A stretch of DNA of 36,571 bases from Conidiobolus incongruus B7586. Its lineage: Eukaryota. The stretch lies in the NCBI GenBank assembly GCA_000697335.1, contig JNEM01011120.1, positions 1 through 36,571 on the forward strand, in the 5' to 3' direction. Numbering within the stretch: position 1 is the stretch's first letter; the number at the start of each line of letters is the position of its first letter. A program made the translations under genes and the position numbers. This document shows, in pieces, positions 1 through 14,095 of the stretch. The notes beneath the pieces are model-generated. The model worked only from the letters and a program-made list of their open reading frames with translations, made no database searches and was not told where the DNA came from.

Positions 1-339
1 CAGCATCCAATACCTTGGCAGTGATCTTAGTCTTGCTCCTGTAGTGGATATGTCAGCAATATTAAACAGTTATTACTGCATCATCAATTACCTAATACCA
101 ATCACATGAATGTCCTTGATCTTCTCAATCAAATCTTCTTCACTCAAAGCTTTTGTTTGGAATTCAACCTAATAACACTGTTGATAAAATTGAAATAAAT
201 TGTAAATGATGAATATTACCTGATAGCCTTGTGAGCGCAATAACTGAACAGCTGTTTGGTTGACATTTTCTAATAATAACACTTTAATATGTTGATTTCT
301 AAGTAATTCACCTTCGTTTGAGGTTAAACCAGCAATCAT
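1..339 (-). CDS. SER3: D-3-phosphoglycerate dehydrogenase (SER3/SER33 family), 5' part; runs off the window edge
   Basis: Manual splicing with GT-AG introns: exons 339-220, 168-92, 38-1 give MIAGLTSNEGELLRNQHIKVLLLENVNQTAVQLLRSQGYQ/VEFQTKALSEEDLIEKIKDIHVIGIR/SKTKITAKVLDA, matching the yeast Ser3/Ser33 N-terminus (KILLLENVNQTA...GYQVEF...IGIRSKT). Not in the ORF track. Confidence 0.93.
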
Positions 340-918
340 TTTGAATTATTTAATATTAGTAAAGATAATAATCTATGAATTAAAAGTTGATAATGGGAAG
401 TGAGATGTATTTATACCTGAATTGATTATTCACTAAAAATATTTATTAATTGAATAATTAGCCAAGTAAGGGAGATTGAGGAAGAGGGGGGAGGATATTG
501 AATAAGGTAAATTGTGACTTGAAAATGCTTTATCAATTCAATTCATGTTCTGTTATCTTGATCAAATTTGTACCACACCCTCACCTTTATCAAATTCGAC
601 ATTATGACTGGACCCTTGACAAATTCGTCAAATCATAGTGGAGTGTTATCTAATTAAAAAATAGAGGTGAGCTTGATTTCTCACAGTTTTTCAATTATCA
701 ATAATTGTCAAAGTTTCACCAACCCCCAACCAATGGCTTGATAGGCTCGATCGGATAATTTCATTGGTGAATTGTGAAAATTTTTACATGACGAATATTT
801 TACAAGCAATGTAAATTGATCCAAGTTGAACCTTCTTAATTCCATAAACTAAATTATCAAATGATATCTTTCGACTGAATTTCCATGTTAGGAAACAATG
901 CCTTAAACCCTAAATTTG

Positions 919-927
919 ATGAGTCAT
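919..927. promoter_or_regulatory. Candidate Gcn4/CpcA (AP-1-like) binding site ATGAGTCAT upstream of SER3
   Basis: Perfect ATGA(C/G)TCAT consensus about 580 bp upstream of the SER3 ATG. Amino-acid biosynthesis genes are typical Gcn4 targets in fungi. Confidence 0.4.
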
Positions 928-2282
928 ATAACTTCATTATTGGAATTTTTCTCTATTTGTGGAGGGAATTAAACCAATAGTTCGGATCAACTTTGTTAGG
1001 TCATGAAAAACCCTTATTTCAGAGAATTAAATGGTGACAACTATAATTTATCATTGATTTATTATCATCCTATTATAATTAATTAATATTAAATTTGCTT
1101 GCTAATTAAAATCACTTTAAAATTATTGAATTATTCAATTAATTCACATACAACTCAGACTGAAAAATAATCGATATTCTATTAGTAATTTATGATTTTC
1201 GATTATTTTGATAACAGGGATTTGATGAAAAATTGGTATTTTAGTATTTCAAATTAATTTCATATGAACACTAATGGATAAATATCAGTAATCATCTAAT
1301 TTAAAATCATTTATAAGATGGGTTAAATTATCGAAACTGATCCATATATTAAAATGACATCATCAACTAACACAAAAGTTAAGTATTTAATTATGGTTTT
1401 ATGTTTTCTAATTAAATTTATTAAAATGGCTACAAATTATATACCAACCTGATGGATTTATTATGAAAAATTTGAAATTTTGTATGAAATTATAAGAAAA
1501 AATGGCCAGAATTTAAAATTTTCATATTAAGATCTAATTATTCAAGTTAAGCAAAAGTGAAAGGATAGCAATGGCTTAAACTTCAGCTGAAGTGATGTAT
1601 TGTAAGTTAAATAATAGCTACATGATATATTATATTGCTCAATACTATTTAAACCAGCCTTTTCAATTGAGTTTTTCAATGATCATTCCTTCAATAATAA
1701 TAATATTTTCTGATTAAACCCTTTCTAAACAATTAAACAAAATATTGAATTTTTTAAAACTTATGAAAATTAGTTGATAATTAAATTAGCTTGTGATGTT
1801 TAATCATTGTTATAGATATATAATAAATGTTTTATATAGGATTTTATATTCATTATAATGAATTCAAATGCATCTTTAATAATAATCGTATTCATTATTC
1901 TTTAATCATTTCATATTTCATTTTAAAAATATTTAATATAAAGATGAGATTTTGTAATTAAAGATTGTTGAATAAAAATGAAAATAAATTTTATTCATTA
2001 ATAATATAAATTTATCAAAAAACTTTAAAATTGTTAATAAATATAATCTGGAGCAATTTTAACACTAATGATATATTTAAGTTACTCTTTGATTTTGTTC
2101 GAATAATGATTTTAGGATAAAATTTTGGAATTTTGAATGCATTATATCATACTACTAACATTAAAATATTTAAATAACATTTATGATTTATTAAAGTGAT
2201 TCAGTGTTATTTATGGTATTGAACAAAACTATATATAATGTGAAAAAATAGCGATTAATTATGCTATGATATTTTGAAAAAA

Positions 2283-5200
2283 TTATTTAAATTTTCTATC
2301 GAAACCAGGGACGTAATACTTGTCAGGTACCATTAAGAAATATTTTTCCATAAAGCTTCTGAAACGGTGCTTATAATTACTGGGCGATAGAATAGTTGGT
2401 TTTTCACCACCCCCACCAAGGAAACCAGATTCTTTGACCCAACTTTCCAATTTTTTATCCCAGGTGAATGTTCTGATAAAATCGACAATTCCAACTACTA
2501 GTTCGCCTTGCTCTTCGTCAATTCCGACTAGAAGAGAGTAATCCATAACATTGAGCTTAGATAAGAATAATGTATCATTATGAATAGCTAAATGGAGTAA
2601 TCGCTTAGCATGAGCTCGAATGAAAATAGGGTTCCTACAGATGATCTCCATTAAATTTTCATCCAATAGCACTTCATTCTCCTTTCCAGTACTCTGAACG
2701 TGACGATTCCTCATTGATCCCTTTAAATCGAAAATTCTGGATATTTTTCTCTCGTAGAATAGGTTTTCCATAATTAATACATCCAGTTTGACAGTTTTGC
2801 CAGTTAAAATATTTTTGAAAGCAATTCGATATACACCAAAAATTTTCGCAAGCATCATTGGTAGCTCTTCAAAGAAGCCTTGAGCTAAATATGAGAAGTA
2901 AACTGGGGCAAATTTAAGAAAAGCATCGAGTTCTGCTCTTGATACTTCTTTCATGATCAATCGATTATCTCTAGTTTTCAAGAAGATACTTCCTGATTTA
3001 CCGCCACTCGCCTGCCATTTCACACATCTTGCTAAAGATTCAATAAACATTGCATCTTGATCACAGTACTGCCTTAAGGCATCAAATTGTTCAGCAAAGA
3101 AAATTTTACAACTAAATTTAATTGAACCTTCAGATAACTGATATTTAAGATGTGTAGAGGTTTTTTGTTTTAGAGTAGATTCAATATCGCATGAAAACTC
3201 TTCGCTTCCATCAATACTTTCTGTACATTTGAATTGATTTTGGCGAATGAAACGAAGCTGATCGTGATAGGTCTGTGAGCTCAGGGTAAAAGCAATCAAT
3301 GAACTTGGTTCATCCTCACGAATCACAATTAACGAATCGGGAAATAAATGTTCAGTTGGTTGTAGAGGATACTCAAGTGGAACAACATGTGGAGATGTTG
3401 GGATATTCCACAAATTGGAAAATGTTTTGATGATGGACAATTTTTCTGGGTTTTCAATTGTTGGATCCGTTTGATCTTGAGGTGGAATAGGCTCATCTGG
3501 AACATTTAAGGTTATATTGGAATTGACTTTGATGAATGGATCTTCAGAAGACATGACTGGCATTTCAGCTTTACCAGGTGATTTTGGAGGCGATGGTATC
3601 ATATCCATATCGTTGTTTAGGAAAGTTAAGATTGAATTATTAACATACGCTCCAGGAGATTCTGATAAAATTTCTGGTGACCCGAGTTTAGTTTCTGGTG
3701 CAATCTGGGGTATCTTGGGAGAGCTTTTAGCATTTCTAGTCATATTAATTCGGGGACCGGTTCTTGTATTATGCAGATGTTGATTGGAAGTGACTCGTAG
3801 ATTGTTAGTAGATGAAGAAGTTTTAGGTGGTTTATAAGATGTCGAGGTATTTGAGTTGTTAGGTTCTGAAAATTCATCATCAGATTCATCTTTAACTGCA
3901 TCTTGAGGGTTAGAATATACTTCAATTACTGGACGAGTCATCGCTCTTGGTCGAGTTATTCTACCTCCAGGAGCAGCTGTGGTATGAGAGCGTTTTATCC
4001 TTCGATCAAATACTTTATCAACTGAATTTACTGAATCTTTAGAGTAAGTGGTACGTTGGCTAGATTCAGGAAAAGCATATCTGTGAGAATCAGACATACG
4101 ATCCTCTGTTGATTTCAAGTTATATCTAAGTTTAATATTCTTATCTGCTTTAAGTAATGGTTTATCAAGAGAAGGCTTAGCATTTGCTCTAGCAGCCATC
4201 CTTTTAGCGGTGTTTGAGCCAATTGTACCTTCGCCTATAGTGGGAGGTTTAATAATTTGTTGCTTGGGAGTAGGAATAGGGGAAAATAAAGGTGCAGCAG
4301 TTGTATTAGACCTCCTGATAGAGTTGTAGTCTTTTGAGTTTTCAGAAAACCTGGTGACAAGAGGCAAATGAGATGAAGAGCTGGAATCCATCCGTGAAAG
4401 AAAGTGTGTGCCAGAAGATTTTAATGTAGATGCCACTTTTGGAAATTCAGAGTTATTTAAATGTGGTTTATACATTGGATGATCAAGCTGCTCTTTTTCA
4501 TCAATTTTTTGAGGATCGATAAGATTGTCTGAGGGCTTAAGAGTTTCCTTAGATGCATCTTGATTGTGTGAATTGTGATCTTCTTGCATTAGTTTTAATG
4601 AATATCTTCTATAAGTACGTCCGTCCATGATAGGTTGGTACAGATGACCAAAAGTGTGATCCAAAGAAAGTTCAATGGGATTGATAGGTAATTCATCAGT
4701 AGGAGATCCAGAAGGTGTGCCGCCCAAAGTTGGATAAATTGGACCAAGAGCGGAAGGGCCTTGATATTGGATGGGTGTTTCTTCGGGAGCCTCTTGAACT
4801 TCTGCGTTCACGCTAGAGTCATCAGGTAAAGGAGCGGGAGTCTCATCTTTATCGGGGAATAGCTTTCTAATTTGAACAGCAGTTAATCTTCTCAAATCTT
4901 TTTCTGTTTGCAAGTATTTATCAATAATATCTGCAAATTCACCATCCCATTCTGCAACCTTTTCTTGCATTACTCTTAATACCAAATTCAAAGCTAAAGT
5001 ATCAGTAGGGTGACTATTCAAAAAAGTTTGCTCCAGCACTTGCAGGATATAAGATCTTTCGGCACCTACTCGTCTAGCCATTTCTAATAATTCCTCTCGG
5101 CAAGTGTCGTGCTTTTCAATTGACATACTATATACCATTAAACTCTTCAATTTTTCGTTTACTGAATCCCAATAAGCATTGATTAAAGATTTCAATCTTT

Positions 5201-8200
5201 CGTAATCATCATTCTTGAGTTTGGTAGAGATACTAGGTTTGAAATTTAGTTTGGTGGGTGGTACATTGACATCTAAAAGATCGATCTTTTCATATTGAAA
5301 TCTGACAGCCAAATTTCGATAACCAAAGTATCTAACATGATCCTTGTGAATGTCATGGGGACATAAATCGGCACGACAAGTAATGGAGGTGTGGTAAAAC
5401 ATCAATTCCAAGTACTTGCCAAATGAGTATTTGTAAGTCTCTTGAGACATTGGTACCACTAATAAGCTCTTTTGACAGACCAAACAATAATTCCACATCA
5501 AGATAGTGTCTTCCATTCCAGGAAGCGGACAGTCCATTTGTTGCACAGTAATAGTCATTCTTGCATCTCCATGGACATAACTTCTTAGATGTGAAAGGAA
5601 GGATTGATCACAAGTACCACAAATGACGGAAAGATCAAAACAGAGTTCCTCTAAAAATTGACCCAGTGACATATCACTTTCTTGATAATATTCAATTGTA
5701 TGTTTCTGAGGTGCTTGGCAAATAAGATTTTCAGAAACATAAACATTGCAGTATAAAATTGTAATAGACTGGTGAGAAAATGGACTAATAGGAAATTCCA
5801 TAGCTTTCATCAATAATTCACTACTCTTCATTTGCTCATAGCGTTCCTCCATTATAGTTAAATAGCTCTTTTGAAGTGATAATTCAATTTCCAGTTGATT
5901 CTTTTGGAATGTTAACCCATCCAACAATCGAGGAGATTCTAAATTATCAGTGTTTTGAGAAGTTAGCATATTGTTATATTGGGCTTTGAGCTTCGTCAAA
6001 CTGTCTTTTTCCTGTTTGAGCTGGAGTAATAAATATGGAGGAGGGAACTTGACCATAGGAGAGATAGATAGTAATCTTTGCTTGTATAGATCAAGAAGAA
6101 TATCGATATTTTTGTCAACCAAAGAAACGTTATTGTTGTTACTAATAGATTCGTTGAAAAGAAGATCCGGAGATTGAGGCATAGATCCAAAATCATCCAT
6201 GAGGTTGTAATCTTGTGAAATTTCAGGGTTTTTGACAAATTGATCTCTCATTAAAACATTTTCAAGTTTCAAGTGATATGCAGTATAGATTGTGAATTCG
6301 AGGATTTTCTTCAGCTTACTAAGTAATGTCAAATCGCCTCCTCTTAACACCAAAGAACATCCTAATCGACTGTGACAACCAGAGAAAAATAAATAACTCT
6401 TTTTCCACATTGGAATCAGTTCATGAGCATAAGTTCTAACTTCAAAATGATCACACTCTCCAAGTTTGGGATCGAAAACAATCTGATCTAGAGATGTTAG
6501 TACTTGTGCCTGGGTACATCTTGCAATTGCATATATGATAGAAGGTTTAACATTACTCGCGACACTAAGATTTGCTTTAAGCAATAAATCGAGAGCAATT
6601 CGAGATATACTCTTCTCAACAATGACTAGAGTAGGTCTCAGAGATAAAACTCTTGCTACCATATTCTTCAAATGTTCGTGTTCAGAAGCTAAAACAGACT
6701 CAATGGATAAAAATTGATATTCAACCCTCTGATATTCAAAGGGAAAGTTCAAAATTAAAATCCTTGGCTTAGAAATCTTCCTTGGCATCATTTTATGTGC
6801 AAGATTTTTGGTACAAACCACTCCATCAATATATTCAGACATATTGGGAGTCCCTCCAGGGATTTTTTTCACCTTAACATAGTGACGAATATCTAGAGAG
6901 TCTCCCCTTTTGACATCTAATTCGAGGCTGAATGCTGTTTTTAAGGCTAAATCCCTTATAATCGGCTGCCAAATTTCGGGCTCAGGTACTTTAAATTGTC
7001 TCAAGCACTGAGATATTAGCCTATTTAAGTGTTGATAGGAGGCAGCATTCAAATGATTATTTTGAATCAGAGGACTTGATAATAAATTTGGTGAAGATAT
7101 TTCAATATCTTCCACAGCTGCTACCTGAGATAAATCGTGAAGATTAGTAAACCTGGAAACTTCAGGCGAAACCACTGAGGGTAAAGTAAAGCTCCTTTTT
7201 ACAAGTGTATCATTCACGGGTCTCTGGACATTTAACAAATTGGTTGAATTTTTCTTTTCTAGTTCATTTGAAATGCTCTCAATATACCCACTCATCATAG
7301 TAAAATCGTTATTTGGGGAAGAAGGCATAATATTGTTAGGACTTTCTTCTTCATCAGATTGGGGGTTGACTAGAACAATGTTTGTATCCAAATCTAGTAC
7401 ATTTTCATTGTCAATAAAGTTATTGGTAGCGTAAGGTTTAGCAACGTTTCTAAATGGCGCAGAAGTGTCTCTTCGATGATTAGCTGGATTGACAGTCCGC
7501 GTTCCAGCTATTAACATTTGTTTAAAGCCTTCTTTAGAATGTGGTGATGATTTTGATAGCATATTTGGTGATGTATCTGAGGGTTTTCGATCCCTACCGT
7601 AAGAAAATTTCTTGTTACTAGAGGAGGTGAGTTGATCGGAGTGATCACCATTTCTATCAACGCCAAAGGTTTCTGGATGCTGTTCATGAGCTTTGACTAG
7701 GTTGCAACAATGTGTACAGACTCTTATCAAGCCAGGGTGCCCTAATTTGTCACCAGGGATCATGTGAGATGCGCATTTAAAGCAAAAAATTTGTCCTAAT
7801 AAATAAATAAATTCGTATTAGTGATAATTCAAGCAACTATGAAGTTGAATAAGATAGCTATAGCTAATATTCAACATTAAAGAAATCATAACTTTACCAC
7901 ATATTCTACAATGGTGTTTCCGCCTAAATGTATTAAAGGGCAGTTTACATTCATAACATTCTTTGCAATGTTCATCTTTCATCCAATAATCTTTATTAAT
8001 TCCTTCCCCTCTAAGTCTCTTTAAAATTCCTGTTATTGCTTCTGATGGTCTTGAATTCAAAATTGCAGTAGAGCTATTATTCCCTTGCATAAACATATTT
8101 TTGTGAGAAACAGAGCTAGAATGAAAGCTACTGGAGTCATCCTCAGAGGTGAAATGAGAGTTTATTTCAACTTCTAATTTATTGGGACTCGAAGGATGTG

Positions 8201-8546
8201 GTGGGATGATATCACCTGTAAAGAGTTGTGAAGAGGATACTGAAGGAGATGAATGTCCAGGATCAAGTAGTGTTAAACTATTTGGTCTCTTTTTGTGACC
8301 ATAAAGCGTTTTCTCTGAATTTGGTGATAATAATTTTTCACTCATTTGGGGGCTTGTAGATTTTAAAGAATTATCTTGGCCGGTCTGTATAGGTTTAGTT
8401 TGAGACTGTTGATTAGGAATTTCAGACTGAGAAGAGTTTGGCCAATTGATTTTAATTTTAGTAAATAATTTAGACAAAACTGAAGGAGGTTTAAGTTCTT
8501 CTCCCTCCATTTCTCCAAAGCTGACAAACTTATCATGAGAAGTCAT
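2283..8546 (-). CDS. FAB1: 1-phosphatidylinositol-3-phosphate 5-kinase FAB1/PIKfyve (2 exons, 2053 aa)
   Basis: Exons 8546-7898 and 7795-2283 are joined by a 102-nt GT-AG intron that restores the FYVE finger (YWMKD...RRKHHCRICG/QIFCFKC). It is followed by the CCT/Cpn60-like domain (KKIPGG...DGVVCTKNLAHK), the Cys-rich region and the PIPK domain (GGKSGS, DLKGS, MDYSLLVG, VGIVDFIRTFTWDKKLESWVK). Confidence 0.97.
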
Positions 8547-10274
8547 TTTTAATATATTTAATTAATACTAATTAAAAAGGATCATAAAATGAATACAACG
8601 AAATGAATGGGGTATTGAGTAATATTTAATATATATCTATTTTGCAGTGAATTGTTTTTGATTATTAATGAATTGAAGATTAGATAAGAGTAATGTTATA
8701 AGATAATTTATTCAATTCAAATTTAACATTAATAATTTTTATTTAGTATTAACTCATTTAATATTCAGTTTCTGACTACAATAAAATTAAAATGTCTTAA
8801 AACAATGAATTACTGTTCAATAAGACCACTATTTGTGAGGAATGTTAAAAATGGAATTAAAATCAATTGACCTTTATTTATGTATCTTTATAAAATGTTT
8901 TTTTTATCTTATACAATATTGATTTGACCTTTCAAGTTAGTAACAACTTTTAATTGATTAGTAGAACCTTGGAATATTGTGAATTATTACAAATTATTAC
9001 AAAAATTCAATATTTCTAAAATTGAGTTGATCAGGTGAATAAACAATTTGTGGTTCATTATTCTTTTAAAATAAAATAAACAATATATATATTGTTGTCA
9101 AAATCAATATTAAATATAATACATTTGCCTAATGTTTTTAATGATGATACACTATATCATGTTTTCTTTAAATATTAATAAAGATTCATTTATAAAATAT
9201 AATTTGAATTATATGAAAAATGTATTAAATAATACATTGAAATTTAGAATGATTATTATTAGATGAGTAACATATTAAATTTTCTGATTTGATGCAATTC
9301 TTTATTATTTAATTATATCAACATCATAATTTTTTTTTAAAATAATTATAAAGATATTGATTTATAATCCTGTTGATTGATATTTTAAAGCTTTATTCAT
9401 AACAATTGTTAGATATATAATCAAATTATAAAATCAAGAATTCTCAAATGACAAATAATTTTTCCTTATACCTCATGAAAAACTGTAATTTTTATTATTA
9501 TAGATTAATCAATTAATTTTTGAATTTGATAATATTTAGATTAATATCAGGAATCAATATTAAAAAATTATTTTCCAGTAATATAAATGCTTTTAAATGT
9601 CAATAGCTCTAAAATTTACTTTTGTGATCATCTATAATTATAATTATTTTAAGGTTGCACTTTATTAATTAGTTATCCTAATTGGCCGAATATCAAAAAT
9701 AATATTCGATATGATCATGATTATATTTTGCGAATTTTATAAATGTACCTTGGAATATAATTTTTAACTAATGTTATCAAACTAATTTCTCAAAATATAT
9801 AAATTTTTAAAATTGTATACAACTTTAATAATCTTGTAATTAATTTATAAAATTCATTAAGAATTGGTGTGGATTCTTGAGTATAAAATAAACTCGACAT
9901 TGGATGCACGTATAATTATACAATTAGTTTATATTATATTTCTTTATGTTAACTTTAATAATTCGGAATATCTATTAATATAAGCATTGAGAATATAAAT
10001 TCATACGAAATATCACGTTATTCTCACAGTATTAAATGAAATCATCTGAAATTAAATGCCAAATTAAAAGTGAGACAGGAACAAATTATAATCCGAATTC
10101 CCCAATCCCATACACTTTCTCCGTAATGGAATTAGTTAACTTTAAGGATCCAGTGACGAAAATATAAAATGCAATCAAAACTCATTTTTATCAAAATCCT
10201 CTTTTTTAAATTATATTCCTGATATTAATTGATTTATATATTTAACCCTACAGTATTAATTGTTTAGTATTACT

Positions 10275-12383
10275 ATGTCTATTAGAAGAGTTTTGAACTT
10301 AAGGAAATTGGTTAATGTTAACAATAGAAATAGTAAGATAATAAGTGATAGTATATACAAATTACTAAATTAATTTAGTTGTCAGAACTGTTGCACTCGA
10401 AACGAGACCTAAATTTTATTATTCAACTACACCAGCTACCCCCGATGTCGCTGTTGATACTTCTAAAGACTTTAGAGTTGGTTTAGATGCAAATATTGGG
10501 CAACCTCATTATTTAACTCATCCCCACTTAATTCAACCTAACGAAAGTATGTACCTTTTAATTTTAAAGTTTTTTTAATAATATACTAATTATTGAATAT
10601 TTTATAGTTACTGTTGGAATTCCTAAAATTGAATATCAGCTTCGAAGACAAAAATTAATCAGCTCATTACCCAAAGGTTCAGCAGTTGTATGTGCTGGAA
10701 ATTCGTTACAATTTAAAGACCATAATATTTTGTAATATTATTTTGAATTATTTTTTTTCATCAATTACTAATATGAGTTTTACAGTCATCAATTTCACCA
10801 AAATCCTAACCTTTTGTATTTATCAGGTAATTTTAATAAGTGATAATTGAATAATTTATTTATTCATTTTTTAGGATTTAATCAACCCGATGGTGCTATG
10901 ATTTTAGAACCTGACTCATCAAATCATAAAGGATATAAAATGACTCTATTAGTTTCACCCAAAGACCCTAAAGTTGAACTTTGGGAAGGTGCTAAATGTG
11001 GCTTAGAAAATGCTGTGAGTGTATTTGAAGCAGATGAGGTAACCTTAAAACCAATTTTTTCTTACTCTTTATTTTAAACTGTGTATTATAGGCTGTAAAC
11101 ATCAAAGAATTTACATCAACCATTAAAAATATTTTCAACCAGTATGACACGGTTTTCTTAGATTTGCCTAATGATGTGATTATGCATTCTAAAGAACATA
11201 GTCTCCATAATATGATTTATAATGGTAAATTCCATATTTATCTTTCTATATAAGATTTTATAATGAAAATTTGATTTTGATAGAAAAATGGCAGTCTAAA
11301 GTCAAAAAATTGAAGCCTATATTAGATGATTTAAGAGTGATTAAATCTAAATATGAATCTGATTTAATTAGAACTGCTGGTAGAATTGCTGGTAGATCTT
11401 TTGTTCAAGTAATAATCACATAATGCTTATAATCACTACTCATAATCTAATTGTTTGTGGTTTTAGACAATGAAATTCACTGCTGATAGAATGAGACTCA
11501 AATCAACTGAACCTGTCGCCTTTAGATTGACTGAGCATGATGTAGCTAACCATTTCGAGTACAACATTAGACTACAAGGCTCTCAAGGAAATGCATTCGT
11601 ACCCGTCGTTGCTGGAGGAAATCACGCTTTGTCCCTTCATTATGTTGCCAATGATGGTGTGTTGAATGATGGTGATCTTATCATGATGGATGCTGGAGCC
11701 GTAATTCTATTTATTTCGATTTAATATAATCATATTAAGTATTTTCTATAGTTTTACCACGGCTATGCTAGCGACGTTACCAGAACCTGGCCAATTAATG
11801 GTAAATTCACAGAACCTCAACGTAAGCTGTACCAAGCAGTCTTAAATGTACAAAAGAAATGTATTAAGGTATATATTGCATATTTGAAATTAATACTTTA
11901 TTAACCTTTGAAAAGATGTGTACTATCAAAGAAGAAGTTTCCTTAAATGAAATTTTACTAAGATCTTTAGATTTGATGCTAGAAGAATTGCATAAAATTG
12001 GTATTAATTGTAGTTATAGGGTATTATGAACTTTTATTTCTCTATTTATAAAATTTATTGATATTTTAATTTAATAGACTCTCCAGAATCAATTATATCC
12101 GCATCATATTTCTCACTATCTTGGATTGGGTATTCACGATACCCCAAGCATTTCAAGAACCAGAAAACTCGTCCCAGGCATGGTCGTAACCATTGAGCCC
12201 GGTATTTATATCCCTTACGACGACCAATTTCCCAAGGAGTACCAAGGTATTGGCATTCGTATCGAAGACGATATTCTCGTTACTGATTTAGATGAACCCA
12301 TTGTCTTATCCGCCGAAGCCCCCAAAGAAATCGCAGATATTGAATACGTTTGTCGACCTGATACCGACTTACATTTGAGCTAA
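10275..12383 (+). CDS. ICP55: Mitochondrial intermediate cleaving peptidase 55 / Xaa-Pro aminopeptidase 3 (M24B), 11 exons
   Basis: Basic, acid-free N-terminus [19 protein letters not shown]; Icp55-type [38 protein letters not shown]24B metal-ligand motifs [37 protein letters not shown]. Ten short GT-AG introns traced by hand. Confidence 0.9.
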
Positions 12384-13309
12384 TCATCCATTTTGTACTT
12401 TATTTTTTTCGGTTTTGAATTTTTAAATATCAATTTAATATAATTAAAAGACTATTCAAAATACTTTATATTTCTTTGATACTAATTTTTGATCATATTT
12501 GATCGGCATCATTAAAGAAAAATCCCTCTTTTTCTGTTCCTTAAATTTTACCAATTATACTATTGTACCAAAAATGATAGTCATATTTTGATATCATTGA
12601 TTCCGACCTATTAGCAATTCTGGTTTATATTCTTCATCTATAGTTAATTAACTTTGATTAAATCTTATAAAATTATCCTACCTTAATAATATTATTTTGA
12701 AATATTTAATGTTATTATAGACAATATACTAATAAGAGCAAACTGCAGTTACTCTCAGCACTTTTCAAGGAGAGGGATATGCGACATTTTATTGTATACA
12801 ATTATAAAGCAATTATATTTTCTTCCACTTGGAACTTTATTAATAGATTGAAAACAGTCTCAATCATTAATATTTCCATCATTTTATATTAAGTCAACTA
12901 TATTTAATTTTATAAAATTTATTATATGATTATAGAAAAATTACTTAGTGTATATTTGATTTTTAATAATATTGTATCATTTAAAATGAATAATTAGTCT
13001 AATTATGAGTGCGATATTGATTCAACTTAATCTCGTTAATTTGAATTAAATATTTCATTAAAGAAAACTTTTAATTATTATTTAGAGATAATTGTATTTA
13101 CAAGATTGCAAAATTTTTGAATTAATGTATTATAATCAAATAAAATAGATTTTAAAAAAAATATAAAATTATTTATACAATTATTCCATCTATTATTGAA
13201 AGCAAATGTGATACCATAATAGCTAATAAATTATTTAATTAAATATACCTTGACATTTAATGGTCACAAATCCTTTCATTAATTTCAAAATACCACTATA
13301 TAGTTTAAA

Positions 13310-14090
13310 ATGAGTACCAAAATTTTAATAAAAGCACCCAACATTTCCAATATTAAAAAATCTCAAATTTTGACTAGGTCATATTCCAACAGTAATTTCA
13401 AACCTTTAAATCAGAGAATTTTGACTGACTTGGAGCAGTATCCTTCTGTGATTATTATACCCCTTCAATGGGGTTTTACAGATAATTTTATTGAATGATT
13501 TGCTATTGATTTATTTTATTAATTTTTATTGGGGTCCTTTTCAACATATGAATAATGTTCATTGGTTACGTCTCATTTAATCAAGTGTAATTATTTTGAA
13601 TATTTACATATTAATAAATTGATAGAATAAGTTGGATTTAAATCGTATTGACTATATGTCGATGTTTGTCTTACAAATAAGCAAAAAACAAGCTGATAAT
13701 TTAATAAAAGGAAAAGGAATTGGATTCATTGTAAAATCTCAAGAGATGAAACATTGTTTACCTGTCACTTATCCTGATGAGGTAATTAACATAAAATTAT
13801 AACCATTATATTTTCATTATTAATTACATGATTTAATAATTGACTACTGCGACTCAAGTCAAGCATTTAGAGAAGGATCGATTCGCCTTCTACACCAAAA
13901 GTTATTTGCTCGCTAACGATAAACACGCAGGAGAATGTATGGTAGTTTGTGTTGGTTATGACTACAACAAATTGACGAAATCTAACTTCGAAGAGCGTTT
14001 AGTCAGTGTGATTTTGAAGTTAGAGAGAGAGCCTGTCAAAACTTAAAAAAGGCTAAAAAATTACCATGTAGAATTTCTATCAATCTTTAA
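13310..14090 (+). pseudogene. Hotdog-fold acyl-CoA thioesterase (4HBT/YbgC-like) copy 1, pseudogene
   Basis: Same 4-exon layout as the intact copies (IPLQWG / PFQHMNNVHWLR / RIDY...GKGIGFIVK...PVTYPDE / LTTATQV...INL*). Lesions: intron-1 donor GT>AT, acceptors AG>GG and AG>AA (twice), in-frame TAA in exon 2 and at 14044, frameshift near the 3' end. Confidence 0.85.
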
Positions 14091-14095
14091 TTATA

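Noticed and set aside
3517..7434. Short ORFs overlapping FAB1 (3517-3783, 3740-3925, 5971-6177, 5996-6238, 6535-6717, 7240-7434)
   Set aside because: Antisense or alternate-frame shadows of a long CDS with no recognisable motifs.
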